Part shown: positions 12,395-24,828 of the stretch, piece after piece
How positions within the stretch are numbered: position 1 is the stretch's first letter
Layout of the letters: every line of letters begins with the position of its first letter
NCBI RefSeq assembly: GCF_018977255.1
Contig: NW_024704743.1
Span: forward strand, 12,836,001-12,900,000
Length of the DNA: 64,000 nucleotides
Origin: Callorhinchus milii
Taxonomy: Eukaryota
Direction of reading: 5' to 3'
Notes under the pieces: model-generated
What the model saw: only the letters and a program-made list of their open reading frames with translations
Told to the model about the DNA's origin: nothing
Database searches by the model: none
Made by a program: the position numbers and the translations under genes

Positions 12395-12640
12395 TAGATA
12401 AGACCTTGAACCAAGGCCATGTCTGCCTCATCAGATGGACACTAAAGATCCCATGGCACTATTCAAAAAGGGAACAGAGTTTTTCTGGTATCCTGGCCAA
12501 CAATCCTTCAAGTAAAATTGGTCATTTACTTCATGGCTGTTTGTTGACATTGCTGTGTACAAATTGACTGTTGAGTTCGTCCACAAAACACATAGTCACT
12601 GCGCTTTACAATATATCCCCTGACGTGCTTTGAGACATCA
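12395..12640 (+). mobile_element. Deu-domain SINE fragment
   Basis: aaagatcccatggcactattcaaaa...tcctggccaacaatcc. Confidence 0.7.
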
Positions 12641-12934
12641 CTCTATGGTCTAAGGGCAGAAACAATGAAGCAGAATGACTTGATGACGCCTTGTTTAAAT
12701 GGTCCAACTCTCACACTGGCAGGAAAACTGCAGCTCTTGGCTAGCACTGAAATTTCAGGAACAAGGGTTTGTAATGAAATGTCCATGTCAGAAAGGTGAA
12801 TGTTAATTTGAATAGTATCAGTCTGTTCACCAGCACAACACACGTACTTCTAAATAGAGTTGAGGGAGTGTGTGACCTAATATAGACATCAATTTTAACT
12901 GTGCCAAAGCCAGTATAACACTCCTAATCAATCC

Positions 12935-13500
12935 TGAATACAAGGTAAAGAAAGTAGCATTAACTTTGTGCATGACACTGATGTGGCTACAGTTGGGACA
13001 TTGCGTCCAGATTTAGACACCACTTTGCGGGAAGGACCTTACGGTCCTGGAGAGGGCACAGTGGACATGATATCATAAAGAAGAAGATACAATTCTATGG
13101 AGAGACTTGAAAGATGGCAATCTTTTTGATGGAGCAGATTATGAGGAAATCTTATAAAGATTTGTAATATCATGAATGGTTAAAAAAAAAAGAGAGTCTG
13201 TTCCCATTAATCATCGAATCAGCAATGGGAGGGCATAAATAGAGGATTATAATAGGATAAAAATTGGGGGAAGTTTGAACAATTTGTTTCCTCAGATGGA
13301 TGTTACAATGTGAAATGCCAAATAGCTGTCGAAGTCCACAAGAGATTGAAGTAAATAATAAAAAATGTTAAAATAAGTATAGATATGAAGAAGAACAGGG
13401 AAATGAGATGATGGTGGATAGGTTCAGTGGTGAAGGTAAAACTAGCAGAGCCATAATGATCAAATGGGCTCATTTTGTTTTATGCTGCAAACTATCTACG
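12935..13500 (+). mobile_element. Old CR1 LINE 3' fragment
   Basis: ttgcgtccagatttagacaccac...ggaaggac...ctggagagggcacag resembles CR1 CVQFWSP...LERVQ. Confidence 0.6.
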
Positions 13501-13894
13501 ATTCTCATTTCAGGGATTAGTGTATTTGCATCAATCGTTTAGTAGCTGATACATTGCTGTGAGCAAATTGACTACTTGCTCTGCCTACAAATGCACAGTC
13601 ATTACACTTTAGAGTAATTTCTGCAGAATGCTTTGAGATGCCCCGATAAGGCACAATATCAAATGCAAGGATTATTATTATCTGTCAGCTTAAATCTGAG
13701 CAGTCGAGCTTTATCTGCATCCCCCTGGGCACCACAGGATTACTGCCAAGCAGTGTTCACTGCCGTTGTGATAAATAAATAATAATGAATGGAATTAATA
13801 TAGTACCAATAGTATTCCAAAACCCTCACATAGTTTCTGTGTATTTTTATGCAAACACAATTTGGGAAAAGCAATACCCCACAAACAGTTAATA

Positions 13895-14540
13895 AACCTT
13901 GCATTTGATGTAGCACCTTATCACATCTTCATAATGTCTCAAAGCTCTTCACAGAATATACTGTAAAATGAATTGATGTATATTTTGTGGCCGAAACGCG
14001 GCAGCCAATTGCGCACAGCAGTGTCCCACACACAGTCATGGATTGAGTGACCTAATTTTTTAAAATTTATTTATTTATTTTTGAAGGGATTATTACCCCA
14101 GGAAAAGTGATCCACCAATCAACTAACAACTGGATTCCTACTTACTGCTAAATAAACAGAGATGTGTGGTGTAAGGAAACTTGTTCATCATTTTGCCCTG
14201 CCTGGGAATTGAGCCCAGGTCCTCCTGCTTGCGAGGCGAGTTCTCTAACCAATATGCTACAGAACTCCACTTAATGAAATGAATGACCAATTTTATGTGG
14301 ATGTTTGTTGGCCAGAACAAACTCATTTCACTTTTAGAATAGAGCCATGGGATCTTTTAACATTCATCTGAACCAGCAGGCAGGATCTGAGTTTAATGTC
14401 TCAACCAAATGGCAGTATCTCCGACAGCTTCCCCAGCACTACATTAGAACTTAGACAATATGAGCTCAACTTCTTGAAGTCAGGTTTGAACCCACAACCT
14501 TCCACCTCAGAGACAAGAATGCTATCAACTGAGCCAGGCC
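13895..14540 (-). mobile_element. tRNA-derived SINE (13895-14268) abutting or inserted in a Deu-domain SINE (14270-14540)
   Basis: Full SINE ending gctacagaactcca, followed by gccatgggatctttt...caactgagccagg. Confidence 0.8.
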
Positions 14541-14861
14541 ACCCAGTTCTGGTTACACAGAATCTTTTAATATAACAGAATACATTAGAAGTACAAAAAT
14601 GCAAGCATTTGCAAGATACTAGACACCATGAACAGCCAACATTGAACAGAGACTGAGGTTTTGAAGCAGGCTCACAGTATCAGTCACAACATCCTTTTTA
14701 ATTAAAATCGATTAAAGTTTTTATTTATCTTCAGGAAAAGAAACAAACCAACCTATGAATGAACACAGGTGCTCTCCTCTATCCAGCAAGCCCTGAGAGC
14801 ACCCAGTCTAATTATTATGTGTTACTGACCACTGACCGTGGTCTGATTTCACAGAAAGGAC

Positions 14862-15192
14862 CTCAGGACATGGGTTTGATTCCCAGTCAGGGCGAAGTAT
14901 TGAGTAAGTTTCCTTACTCCACACGCATCTGTTTACCTAGGAGTAAGTAGGAACCCGGTTGTTAGTTGATTGGCAGATTGCTTTTCTGGAGTAATAACCT
15001 TTTCAAAAATAAAGAAATAATTTGGTCACTCAATCCATGACTGTTTGTGGAACATGTTGTGTGCAATTGGCTACCACCTTTTGCCAACAAAATATACAGT
15101 CAATTCACTTTACAGTATATTCTGTGAAGAACTTTGAGACGTCTCAAAGTTGTGATAAGGTGCTATACCAAATGCAAGAATTATTATTATTA
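14862..15192 (+). mobile_element. tRNA-derived SINE, older subfamily, 5'-truncated
   Basis: gggtttgattccc...gtttacctag...aaatgcaagaattattatt. Confidence 0.8.
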
Positions 15193-17348
15193 CTTTTGGT
15201 GCAGGATATTTTCAGATTGACATGATACATGTGTCTCATTAAAAAGCTGTCACACTTGTATTTCTTAATTAAGAAAGTTGTTAAGAAATCACGGAAAGTT
15301 GATGCCAAGTTTTTGATTAATAACTAATCACATGGTATTATTGGAAAAGAGAAGGAAGTTTCTTCTGGTGTCCTGGCCAACAATTCCTCAGATAAAATTA
15401 TTCATGCACTTTATGGCTGCTTGTGGGATATTGCTGCGTGCAAATTATCTGCTGTGTTCTTCGACAAAATACACAGTCACTATACTTTACAGTACATCCT
15501 GTGAAGTAGTTTGAAGCGTACTCCCAATGTGAAAGACTCTATAGCAAATGCAAGAATTATTATTATTCAAACTTTTCTGTGCACCAGCACAATGGACCAT
15601 TTAATGCAGCACTGGGCAGTGATGAAAAGTTGCATTAGGTTGTGCATTTGCTGTTTGAGCAATGTAGCTTTCATTTCTTACCATTATGAAACCCTGCATT
15701 CTTTCTGAAATGTTTCTATAGAAACAAGACATGACTTGACCTTACAGGCTACAGACATCTAGCAGACCACAAGGCCACTTAAAAGTGCAAAAACTTCCTA
15801 GAATTCTTGGGTTAGCTAAGCCGGAGCCATGCAGATCCTGTTTTCTTCTCATCGTTTCCTGTATGCGAGTATAAACAGTCTGCTGTTGTTACCATGGAAT
15901 GGTTTCAACAGCAGCCTGCAGAGTCCAACCCGGGGCGAACGACATTGAGTTATTGCATGTTTTGATGGATAGATTTGTATAACCTGAAAACCTTAATACC
16001 TTCTCCCTCCTAATCGGGATTCTAAACAAAAGTTTAAAACACAGTGTTCAGGGGACAAATTGTTTCATTCAATCTGTAGATTTATGGAGGAGATATTATC
16101 TTTAGGCTTGGAATGCCACCAAGGGATTTGTGCCAAACTTTGCTGTGTTCATTTTAATGGACAGCCCAGTTGAGGTAGCTGAACCTAGTACCTGTGCAAT
16201 GATTTGACTGTTTGACCACCGCCTGCAAATCAGCTGAGACTCCTACTGTATTTCCACACAGTAGGAGTCTTAGAAAATTTTTGCCAATTTTCTCCCTCCC
16301 TCCATTGAAGGTGTTGATTCTTTGCCAGCATAGAGTTCTAGAAGCATTGACCACCCTCCAGTACCTCACACAAGTGGCCATTTTTCACGCTTTATTTGGT
16401 CTGACACATGTGGCAACCCATCACTATGTTTAAGATCAAACCAAACTGAGAGTTCCATGTATCCCACCTACACAATAAAATTCCAGAGATTTTTCACATG
16501 GGAACTGAGGCAGTGGATGGGGGTGGGGATCACAGCTCAAATCTGATTCTGCCCTCATCCCACATCCCAAGTCCATCTTCCAGCAGGGGTCAATGGATCG
16601 TGATTAGGAGTGGGCATCATGGATTTTCTCTTCCCGAGCATTGAGGCTAATTGAAGCTGCCCAAAGATTGGATCTATAGCCCTCTTTTCTCTGTGGCTCA
16701 GACGATGCCTTTACTTACTTTTGGGCAGCTGTATTTCTGCCAGTTATGTACATCATATTAAATATTAATTGAATGTACTTGGTGCAATAAAGTTAAATAT
16801 GTTTTGTGTTGCTGCACTGTGGCCAGGTCACTGAGAGCCTTGTATCATTGTGCCTGGCAGGTTACTGGCATCAAGCAATAGTTCAGTATTTGGCATTATT
16901 ACTGCGCAGACTGGATGTAGCAATGAGAACTGAGTGAGAACTGGTAGATTGAGTACTGTGAAGGGAACAGATCAAGTGGGCCAAACGCCTGTCTTCGCCT
17001 AAATCTCCCTCTTTTATGTCAATAAACCACTTAGAAAAAACTCAGGGTAAAACATCTGCTTCATTGCTCCATTCCCAGGTGCTAAGCAGTCTAATTTAAG
17101 TCATTGTTTGCATTGTTTTGACGCAGTATGAATAGTGCAGAACTTACTTGACAGAATTCAAATTGTATGGGTATTGGCTGGACTATCGCAGACCAGCTGC
17201 TGAAAGGCAGCCATGCCTTAGAATTTATAGATACCATATCAATGTTATTGGTGGCAATGTTTTCATAGATTGAGATGTGATTAGGAAGTAGAGCGTTATA
17301 GGAGGGGGAATGGGATAGAGGTTTGTGTGAAGTATAAATACTGGCACA

Positions 17349-17680
17349 AATAATAATAATAATAATAATAATCCTTGCATTTGATATAGCGCTTTTCACG
17401 TCGGGAGGACGTCCCAAAGCGCTTCACAGAACACACTGTAAAGTGAATTGACTGTATATTTGTGGGCGAACGCGGCAGCCAATTGCGCACAGCAATGTCC
17501 CACAAATAGTCGTAGATTGAAAATGACCAATTTATTATTGTTTTTTTTGGTTTTGGAGGGATTATTATTAGGCTCTGTGTGGAGTAAGGAAACTTGCCCA
17601 AGGTTTCGCCCTGCCTGGAATTGAACCCAGGTCTCTCACTTGCAAAGCGAGTGCTCTAACCACTGAGCTACAGGACTCCA
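17349..17680 (-). mobile_element. tRNA-derived SINE, young short-form subfamily, full length
   Basis: Nearly identical to copies at 26736, 58981 and 61232; A/B-box-like head tagctcagtgg...gttcaattcc. Confidence 0.92.
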
Positions 17681-17777
17681 AATGGCCTTTTTCCATGCTG
17701 TATCATTCTGTGTAATGCTATGAAATGTTGGGTGACATGTGTGGGAGGGGGTTAACAAAGATTTAGCATGTCACATT

Positions 17778-18043
17778 AATAATAATAATAATCCTTACAT
17801 TTGATATAGCGCTTTTCACGTCGGGAGGACGTCCCAAAGCGCTTCACAGAACACACTGTAAAGTGAATTGACTGTATATTTGTGGGCGAACGCGGCAGCC
17901 AATTGCGCACAGCAATGTCCCACAAACAGTCGTAGATTGAAAATGACCAATTTGTTATTGTTTTGTTTTGGAGGGATTATTATTAGGCTCTGTGTGGAGT
18001 AAGGAAACTTGCCCAAGGTTTCGCTCTCTGCCTGGAATTGAAC
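17778..18043 (-). mobile_element. Young SINE, 5'-truncated
   Basis: Near-identical to 17349-17625. Confidence 0.9.
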
Positions 18044-18825
18044 TGAATCACATTTTTATTTTAAAAACATGTTTTTATTGCTGAGCGAGGTTAGGCCTGC
18101 TCACTCCCATTAACCAAATTAGACCAAAACGTTCCACTTTGGGAACGAGGTTTGTCCTCACAGACAAGCCATCACATGCTACAATGAGCAGCAGTCAGAC
18201 TGCCATATCTATGTCAGAGTCTCAAGTCACCTCTGCTTTACCTAGGGTAAAACCTCACCATATCAGATTCTCAGTGCATAAAATACTATAGAAAGAAACT
18301 GCAGCGTGTAATAATAGCATAGCAGAGCTAGGTTTGACCCCATAGACTGGATGTACCTACTTGCCGTGAATAAAGAACTGCAGACTCAGGCGATGAATTT
18401 TGTAGCAGCGTAAATGTTTTGTTAAGTTGTTTTATTATATGTTGTGTCTAAAATATATGTATATACTGTATTATTCTCAATATAATATATATATTTTGCA
18501 AAACAAATGACCTATTAGGTATTAGTTTGGCTCAGTTAATAGCACCGTCTCCTCTGAGTCAGAAGGTCCAAGACCCACATCAAAACTCTGAGCTCATAGT
18601 CTAAGATGACACTCTAATGGAGAGCTGAGAGAATAATGCATCTTCTAGGGTGTCATCCTTTGGATAAGACATTACTAGTATATTAACCCTTGCATTTTGC
18701 ATATTGTTTACTGTAGATTTGTATCCGATGGTAACATTGTGCTACTTCAGGTAATAATTCTTGCATTTGATAAAACGACTTATCACATTGAGGAGATGTC
18801 TCAAAGCGCTTGATGGAACTTTACC

Positions 18826-19800
18826 TTTCCTCCTCTACCCTCAACTCCACGCCCACCGATGTCCTGACAGCTGCCTGTCTGACATTGAGTCCTGGATGAG
18901 AGACAACTTTCTTCAGCTCAACGTGCGTAAAACTGAGGCCCTCCTGATTGGCTCACGTCAGCGCCTCTGCACCTCAGGCGCTGACAGCATCAGCATCCAA
19001 GGCTGCACTCTCCACCTCTCAAAGCCAATCAGGAACCTCGGGGTTCTGTTCGACCCTGAGCTGTCCTTTCTTCCTCATATCCGCACCACAACTGGCACCG
19101 CCTTCCATCACCTCCGAACCATCGCCAGACTACGGCACTACCTCACCCCTCACGCGGCTGAAACACTGGTCCACGCCTTCATCATCTCAAGGCTGGACTA
19201 TGGGAACTCTCTCCTCGCCGGCCTTCCCGGCACCTCCCTCCACAAGCTGCAGGTCATTCAGAACTCTGCAGCTCGTGTACTGTCCCGCACCAGGCTTCAC
19301 GACCACATCACTCCCACCCTCGCTCGCCTCCACTGGCTCCCCATCCCCCAGAGGATCGAATTCAAGATCCTCACCCTCACCTACAAGGCCATTCACGGCC
19401 TCGCTCCCTCCTACCTCTTCGACCTACTATCCCCCTACCTACCTGCCCGTACCCTCTGTTCCTCTGGCTCCGGTCTGCTCCACATCCCCCGCCCCAACCG
19501 CCCTACCATCGGTGGCCGGGCCTTCAGCCTCTCAGCCCCTAGGCTCTGGAACTCTATCCCCCAGTGCCTTCGCCGCCTCCTCCCTTTCCTCCTTCAAGGC
19601 CGGTCTCAAGACCTTTCTCTTTGACTGTGCCTTCAGCTCCCCTCTCGACTCTCTACCCCCTCCTCACTCCCTCCTTCCCTCCCCTCACCCTGACCATTGC
19701 CCCCCTGCTCGGGCCCTGACCCAACTGTCCAGCGCTTTGGGACGTCCTCCCGACATGAAAGGCACTCTGTAAATGGAATCTTGTTGTTGTTGTTGTTGTT
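18826..19800 (+). mobile_element. Young L2 LINE, 3' 1 kb (ORF2 C-terminus)
   Basis: ORF 18761-19624: CLSDIESWMRDNFLQLNVRKTE...SRLDYGNSLL...GGRAFSLSAPRLWNSIP; stem-loop and (TTG)n tail. Confidence 0.95.
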
Positions 19801-19807
19801 GATAGAA

Positions 19808-20114
19808 TCTATTGTAAAGTGAATTGACTGTATATTTTGTGGGCGAAACTTGGCAGCCAATTGCTCAACAGCAGTGTCCCACAAACAGTCGTGGATTCAG
19901 TGACCAAATTAGTATTACCATTTTTTTTTTAAGGGATTATTATCACCAGAAAGCAATCCGTCAATCAACTAATAACCGGGTTCCGACTTACTGTTAAGTA
20001 AACAAAGGCGTGTAGAGTATGGAAACTTGCCTCAGGTTTCGGCCTGCCTGGGAATTGAACTGGATCCTTTTGTTTGCGAGGCGAGTGCTCTAACCAATAC
20101 GCTACAGGACTCCA
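19808..20114 (-). mobile_element. tRNA-derived SINE, older subfamily
   Basis: Ends gctacaggactcca; internal match to the family. Confidence 0.85.
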
Positions 20115-20794
20115 TAGGTACTTAAAAGCAAATTTCAACATTTAATTTAGTGCCTTATCGTGTCGTTAAGATGTCTCAAAGAGCTTCACAGAATATACTG
20201 ATTGATTGTGTATTTTGTGGGCGAACGTGGTAGCCAGTTGTGCACAGCAGTGTCCTACAAACAGCCATGAAGTGTCGGACCTATTTTACCTGGGTCAAAC
20301 TCAAAGGCACCAGGAGAAAGACTGAAGTATTCCTGAGGGAATAAATCTGGGCCTCACCTTAGGAAAGAATCCACACAGGCGCCAGTGTTATATAACTGAA
20401 ATCAACTTCAGGGAGTTCTTTGACTTTTATCATAAAATCATAGGACATGGAAATTTCAAAACAGGAGGTCATTTGGTACATCCTTTCTGTTGTGTTATGA
20501 TAACTTCCCACTGGCGCTCTCTGCTCTAATCTCATTTCAATACCAATTCTACACAGCTTTACCTATCTTTAAGTGTTTACCAGGTTAATTTTCCCCCTTC
20601 TTCCCCACGTTCAAAGGCTGCCTCAAGACCTATCCCTTTGTCTGCATTTTTGGTCATCTGTTCCCTCCCCACCGTCTTCGGCTCTCACTCCTCCAGCTCA
20701 AGTGCCCAACTAGTACTGTTAAGCACTTTGGGACATCTTCCAGATATGAAAATGCTACACAAATGTAAATTATAATGTATTGCTATACACTTTC

Positions 20795-21357
20795 ATTACA
20801 TCAAGGCTTGACTGCAAATTCCTTGCTTGTCGGCCTCCCCAACTCCTCCCTCCATAGGCTGCAGATCATCCAGAACTCTGCAGCCCATACCCACCCGCAC
20901 CAGGCTTTGTGACCCTATCACCCCTATCCTTGCCCACTCCACTGGCTTCCCATCACACAGAGGATACAGTTCAAGATCCTGGTCCTCATCTTCAAAGCCC
21001 ACCATGGCCTTGCTGCTCCCTACCTCTGAGACCTCCTAACCCCCTACCATCCTGCCTGCTGCCTCTGCTCAGCGGGCCCTGCTCTGCTTCACATCCCCCG
21101 CCTCACTCGGCTTCTGCCACTCTTCCCCCAACCACTGGAACTCCATCCCACAGTCTCTTCACCTCGTCCCCTCCCTTGGCTCCTTCAAGACCCATTTCAA
21201 GACCCTCCTCTTCGATCGTGTTTTCGATTACCCTGCTCTCTGTCCTCCACCCTCCCCGATCCCTACCTCCAGCTCAGGTCCGAAACTCTGTGTCCAGCGT
21301 CTTGGGACATCATACCGACGTGAAAGGCGCTTTACAAATGTAATTTTGTTGTTGTTA
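20795..21357 (+). mobile_element. L2 LINE 3' fragment
   Basis: tcaaggcttgact...cactggcttcccatc...gaaaggcgctttacaaatgtaattttgttg. Confidence 0.88.
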
Positions 21358-21430
21358 TATTGTAGTAGGATTGACTTCAATAGCCAATTGTTGTAATGTT
21401 GTTGTAATAACAACAATAATTGTTGTTATT

Positions 21431-22452
21431 ACAACAACAACAAGATTACATTTGTAAAGCATCTTTCACATTGGGAGGGCATCTCAAGGCGCTGGACAGT
21501 GTACTGCATTTCAGACCCAAGCTGGGGTCAGGGAGGGAGAAGGGAGGGGAGGGGAAGGGGGTAACCGATGGCATGGTCGAAGAGGAGGGCTTTGAGGCGG
21601 GACTTGAAGGAGGCTAAGGAAGGGGCGAGGCAGAGTGATTGGGGGATGGAATTCCAGAGGTTGGGGGCAGAGTGGCTGAAGGCTCTCCCACCAATGGTGG
21701 GCGGGTGGATCGGGGGACGTGGAGCAGGCCAGAGCCGGCTGAGCGGAGGGAGTGGGCGGGTTGGTAGGGGGCTAAGAGGTCGGAGAGGTAGGGTGGGGCG
21801 AGGCCATGGAGGGCTTTGTAGGTGAGGACCAGGATCTTGAACTGGATCCTCTGAAGGATAGGAGTCAATGGAGTCAGGGGAGAATGGGGGAGATGGGGTC
21901 ATGGAGTTTGGTGCGGGAGAGGCTGCAGAGTTCTGGACTATCTGCAGCCTGTGGAGGGAGGAGTTGGGAAGGCCGACAAGCAGGGCGTTTGCATAATCAA
22001 GCCTGGAGGTGATGAATATATGAACAAGCGTTTCAGTGGTCTGAGGGGTGAGGTAGTGGTGGAGTCGGGCAATGTTACGGAGGTGAGGGAAGGCAGAGCG
22101 GGTCATGGCTTGGATGTGAGGAAGAAAAGAGAGTTGAGTGTCGAACAAGACACCCAGGTTCCTGACTGGCTTAGTGAGTTGAAGTGTGCAACCATGGAGC
22201 CTGAGGTGCTGAGGCACTGGTGTGAGCCAATCAGGAGGGCCTCAGTCTTGTTCACATTCAACTGTAGGAAATTTGCCCTCATCCAGGACTTGATGTCTGA
22301 CAGGTAATCTGTCAGGACAGCAGTGATCCTGGAGTTGAGGGTGGAGGCAGAAAGATAGAGTTGGTGTCATCCGCATACATATGGAAGTTGAACCCGTGTC
22401 TGCGAATGATGTCACCAAGGGGAGCATGTAGATATTAAAGAGGAGAGGGCCA
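21431..22452 (-). mobile_element. L2 LINE 3' 1 kb including the YADD region
   Basis: ORF 21528-22217 VRNLGVLFD...SRLDYANALL; tgtcatccgcatacatatggaag is the reverse complement of FHMYADDT. Confidence 0.92.
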
Positions 22453-23034
22453 AATGTCTTAATAGCACCATATATTTAATTTTTGTGCCTAAAATAGACG
22501 ATACAGGATCAATTCATACAGCATTTGTTTGTCCTTTCCCAAACAGCTTTGGACAACCGACTTCACACATTCCTGTTCATCTTGTGATCATTTGATCTCT
22601 GTTGCAGGGGTCTTCGAAACAGCTGGAGGAGCTATGGTCACAAGGCTACAGTACCATTGTTGTCCAATAGTGGGACCCCTAACTCCCAAATACATTCAGC
22701 TGAAGTCCACTTCCCTTGTTGTTCAACCTTAGTCTGGATAGGACACCAATGATGACTGGAAGGTGTGCTTTCTGAATAACTTGACATTTAGGTTTGGTTC
22801 TGGACCAGTATCTGTCATTTTGGAAACTCTTATCTTCCTCCAATTAACTAACCAATTATCTTTAACCAATACTTTCCCAACCATATTGGCGTCCAATTTG
22901 CTAAATTCACCACAAATTTGTGAACAGTGAAACTTCGATAAGTCTGAGGTCATCCTTGCAGAATTCTGCTTTCTTGCTGTCAGGAAATTGGCTTCAATTG
23001 GCGTTTGAGTGGGGTTCCAGATGGTCAGCCTCAG

Positions 23035-23220
23035 AGGCATTTTGTTTTGGTCAGCTGGGTGTCTGACACACTCAGAAATCCATCACTGGGCTTAAAAGTC
23101 TCCAAGATAAACTATAAAAAGTTTATAAGCAATATGTCCCTGTGCCTGGTATGCAGGGATCCCTCTCTCCTGGTTGGATGCAGGTTGACATGACAGACTG
23201 GGTACCAGCGGGATTCACAT
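23035..23220 (-). repeat. Unclassified interspersed repeat, partial copy
   Basis: ttttggtcagctgggtgtctgacacactcagaaatccat matches the reverse complement of about 38470-38530. Confidence 0.6.
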
Positions 23221-23249
23221 ATTCCTTTGCAAATCTCGCACATTGTGCC

Positions 23250-23548
23250 TCAGCCCTCCTGATTGGCTTGCACCAGCGCCTCAGCACCTCAGGCTCCGGC
23301 AGCATCAACCTCCATGGTTGCACACTTCAACTCACCAAGCCAGTCAGGAACCTAGGTGTCTTGTTCGATCCTCAACTGTCCTTTCTTCCTCACATCCAAG
23401 CCATGACCCGCTCTGCCTTCCCTCATCTCCATAACATCGCCCGACTCCACCACTACCTCACCCCTCAGGCCACTGAAACTCTTGTTCATGCCTTCATCAC
23501 CTCCAGGCTCGACTATGCAAATGCAATCTTGTTGTTGTTGTTGTTTTG
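23250..23548 (+). mobile_element. L2 LINE fragment, internally deleted
   Basis: ALLIGLHQRLSTSG...VRNLGVLFDPQLSF...SRLDYAN joined directly to a (TTG)n tail. Confidence 0.88.
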
Positions 23549-23964
23549 AGGGATGAGATCTCTCCAAAGTTTCCTCTAATCTATGTCTGTCCAGGCCTGA
23601 GAGTGCTGAGTGATGTGCTGCCAAATCAGTACTATTTTCATACCTTAGCACCCCAATGACTCCTCAGTTGATTCCCCTTTCACCTGCTCTGGGAGGGTGT
23701 CTGGTCTCTACTTGGTGCCAGTTCATAGCAGCACATAGGCTCTCCCACACTCACAACACAGTAACTCATCCAACTGGCTACACCATTGCGGGATTCCAAG
23801 ATTTGTTAGTGTAATCAAATGGAAATAAAAGCAGCCAGGCTTGAGATAAGACATTTCGGAGTTTGCTACAATCACTTGCCTCACTGTTTTGGCCACTGGA
23901 GGGCATTGTGTGAATAGGGAGCAAGGTATGGAATGCAGTAACCATGAAAGATGCTGTTGCAGTA

Positions 23965-24300
23965 ATTATTAATCTTTGGATTTGATAAAGCCCCTTCTCA
24001 CATCGTCAAAACGTCTCAAAGTGCCTCGCTGTTTTGTACTGTGAAGTGCAGTGATTGTGGATTTGCAGCCAAATCTAGTAATCAGTTAGTGCACAGTAAT
24101 GTCCTGCAAAGTGCCATGAAGTGAGTAATCAATTTTATCTGAGAAGTTATTGGTTATGATACTGGGAGAAACTCCCTTCACTTTTTGAGTCGTGCCGTGG
24201 GATCTTCAACATCCACCTGAACAAGCAGACATCTGATGATTTAACATCTCATCCGAAGGATGGCACCTCTGACAATGCAACGCACCCCAGCACTGCATTG
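23965..24300 (-). mobile_element. Deu-domain SINE
   Basis: ttaacatctcatccgaaggatggcacctctgacaatgca core. Confidence 0.75.
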
Positions 24301-24746
24301 GAAATTCTGTTACTGCACACTTTTATGACAATTTTTTCCCTTCCCCTTCTCTGCCCACCAAGAGGTTTGACTGGGTTACGGCTCCAAAGTGCTGATCACC
24401 CTCGTCTAGGTCTCCATCATTCACGTTGAATGTTGAATTTTGTTAGACAACTCGACCACACACGGCATCACAGCCAGCACAATCCTGTCCTCACTGAACA
24501 TTCACTCTAACAGCCATGATCTCAGCATAGCAATAAGTGTCCTGCTATTTGATACTTCACCCAGGCTTATCTTAGAAGGCCATTTTACCTTAAGACTGCA
24601 CTGAATGGTGGAAATTCTTAAATTCAGGCTTAATTTGGAAGACATTCTTTTAAAGAACTGGCTAACATCAGCTTCCAAATTACGACTTTTACAATTGTCC
24701 ACTGTTCTCCGTAACCTTAAATGTTACAGGATTTCAGGACCAGGCG

Positions 24747-24828
24747 AAGGAACCCTAACTGGTTTTATTCCCCCTGACCTGGGGCACTTAGGCTGACTCA
24801 GGGGGAATAAAACCAGTCAGGGTTCCTT
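24747..24828. repeat. 82-bp hairpin: 31-bp inverted arms with a 20-nt spacer
   Basis: aaggaaccctaactggttttattccccctga / tcagggggaataaaaccagtcagggttcctt; one mismatch. Confidence 0.92.

Noticed and set aside
17610..17680. tRNA gene
   Set aside because: This is the tRNA-derived head of a SINE, continuous with the SINE body and repeated many times.
17349..18043. Recurring near-identical units as a CRISPR-like or tandem array
   Set aside because: These are separate SINE insertions in eukaryotic DNA, with no repeat-spacer periodicity.
18761..19624. 287-aa ORF as a host gene
   Set aside because: It is the C-terminus of L2 ORF2, 5'-truncated and lacking the RT catalytic core.
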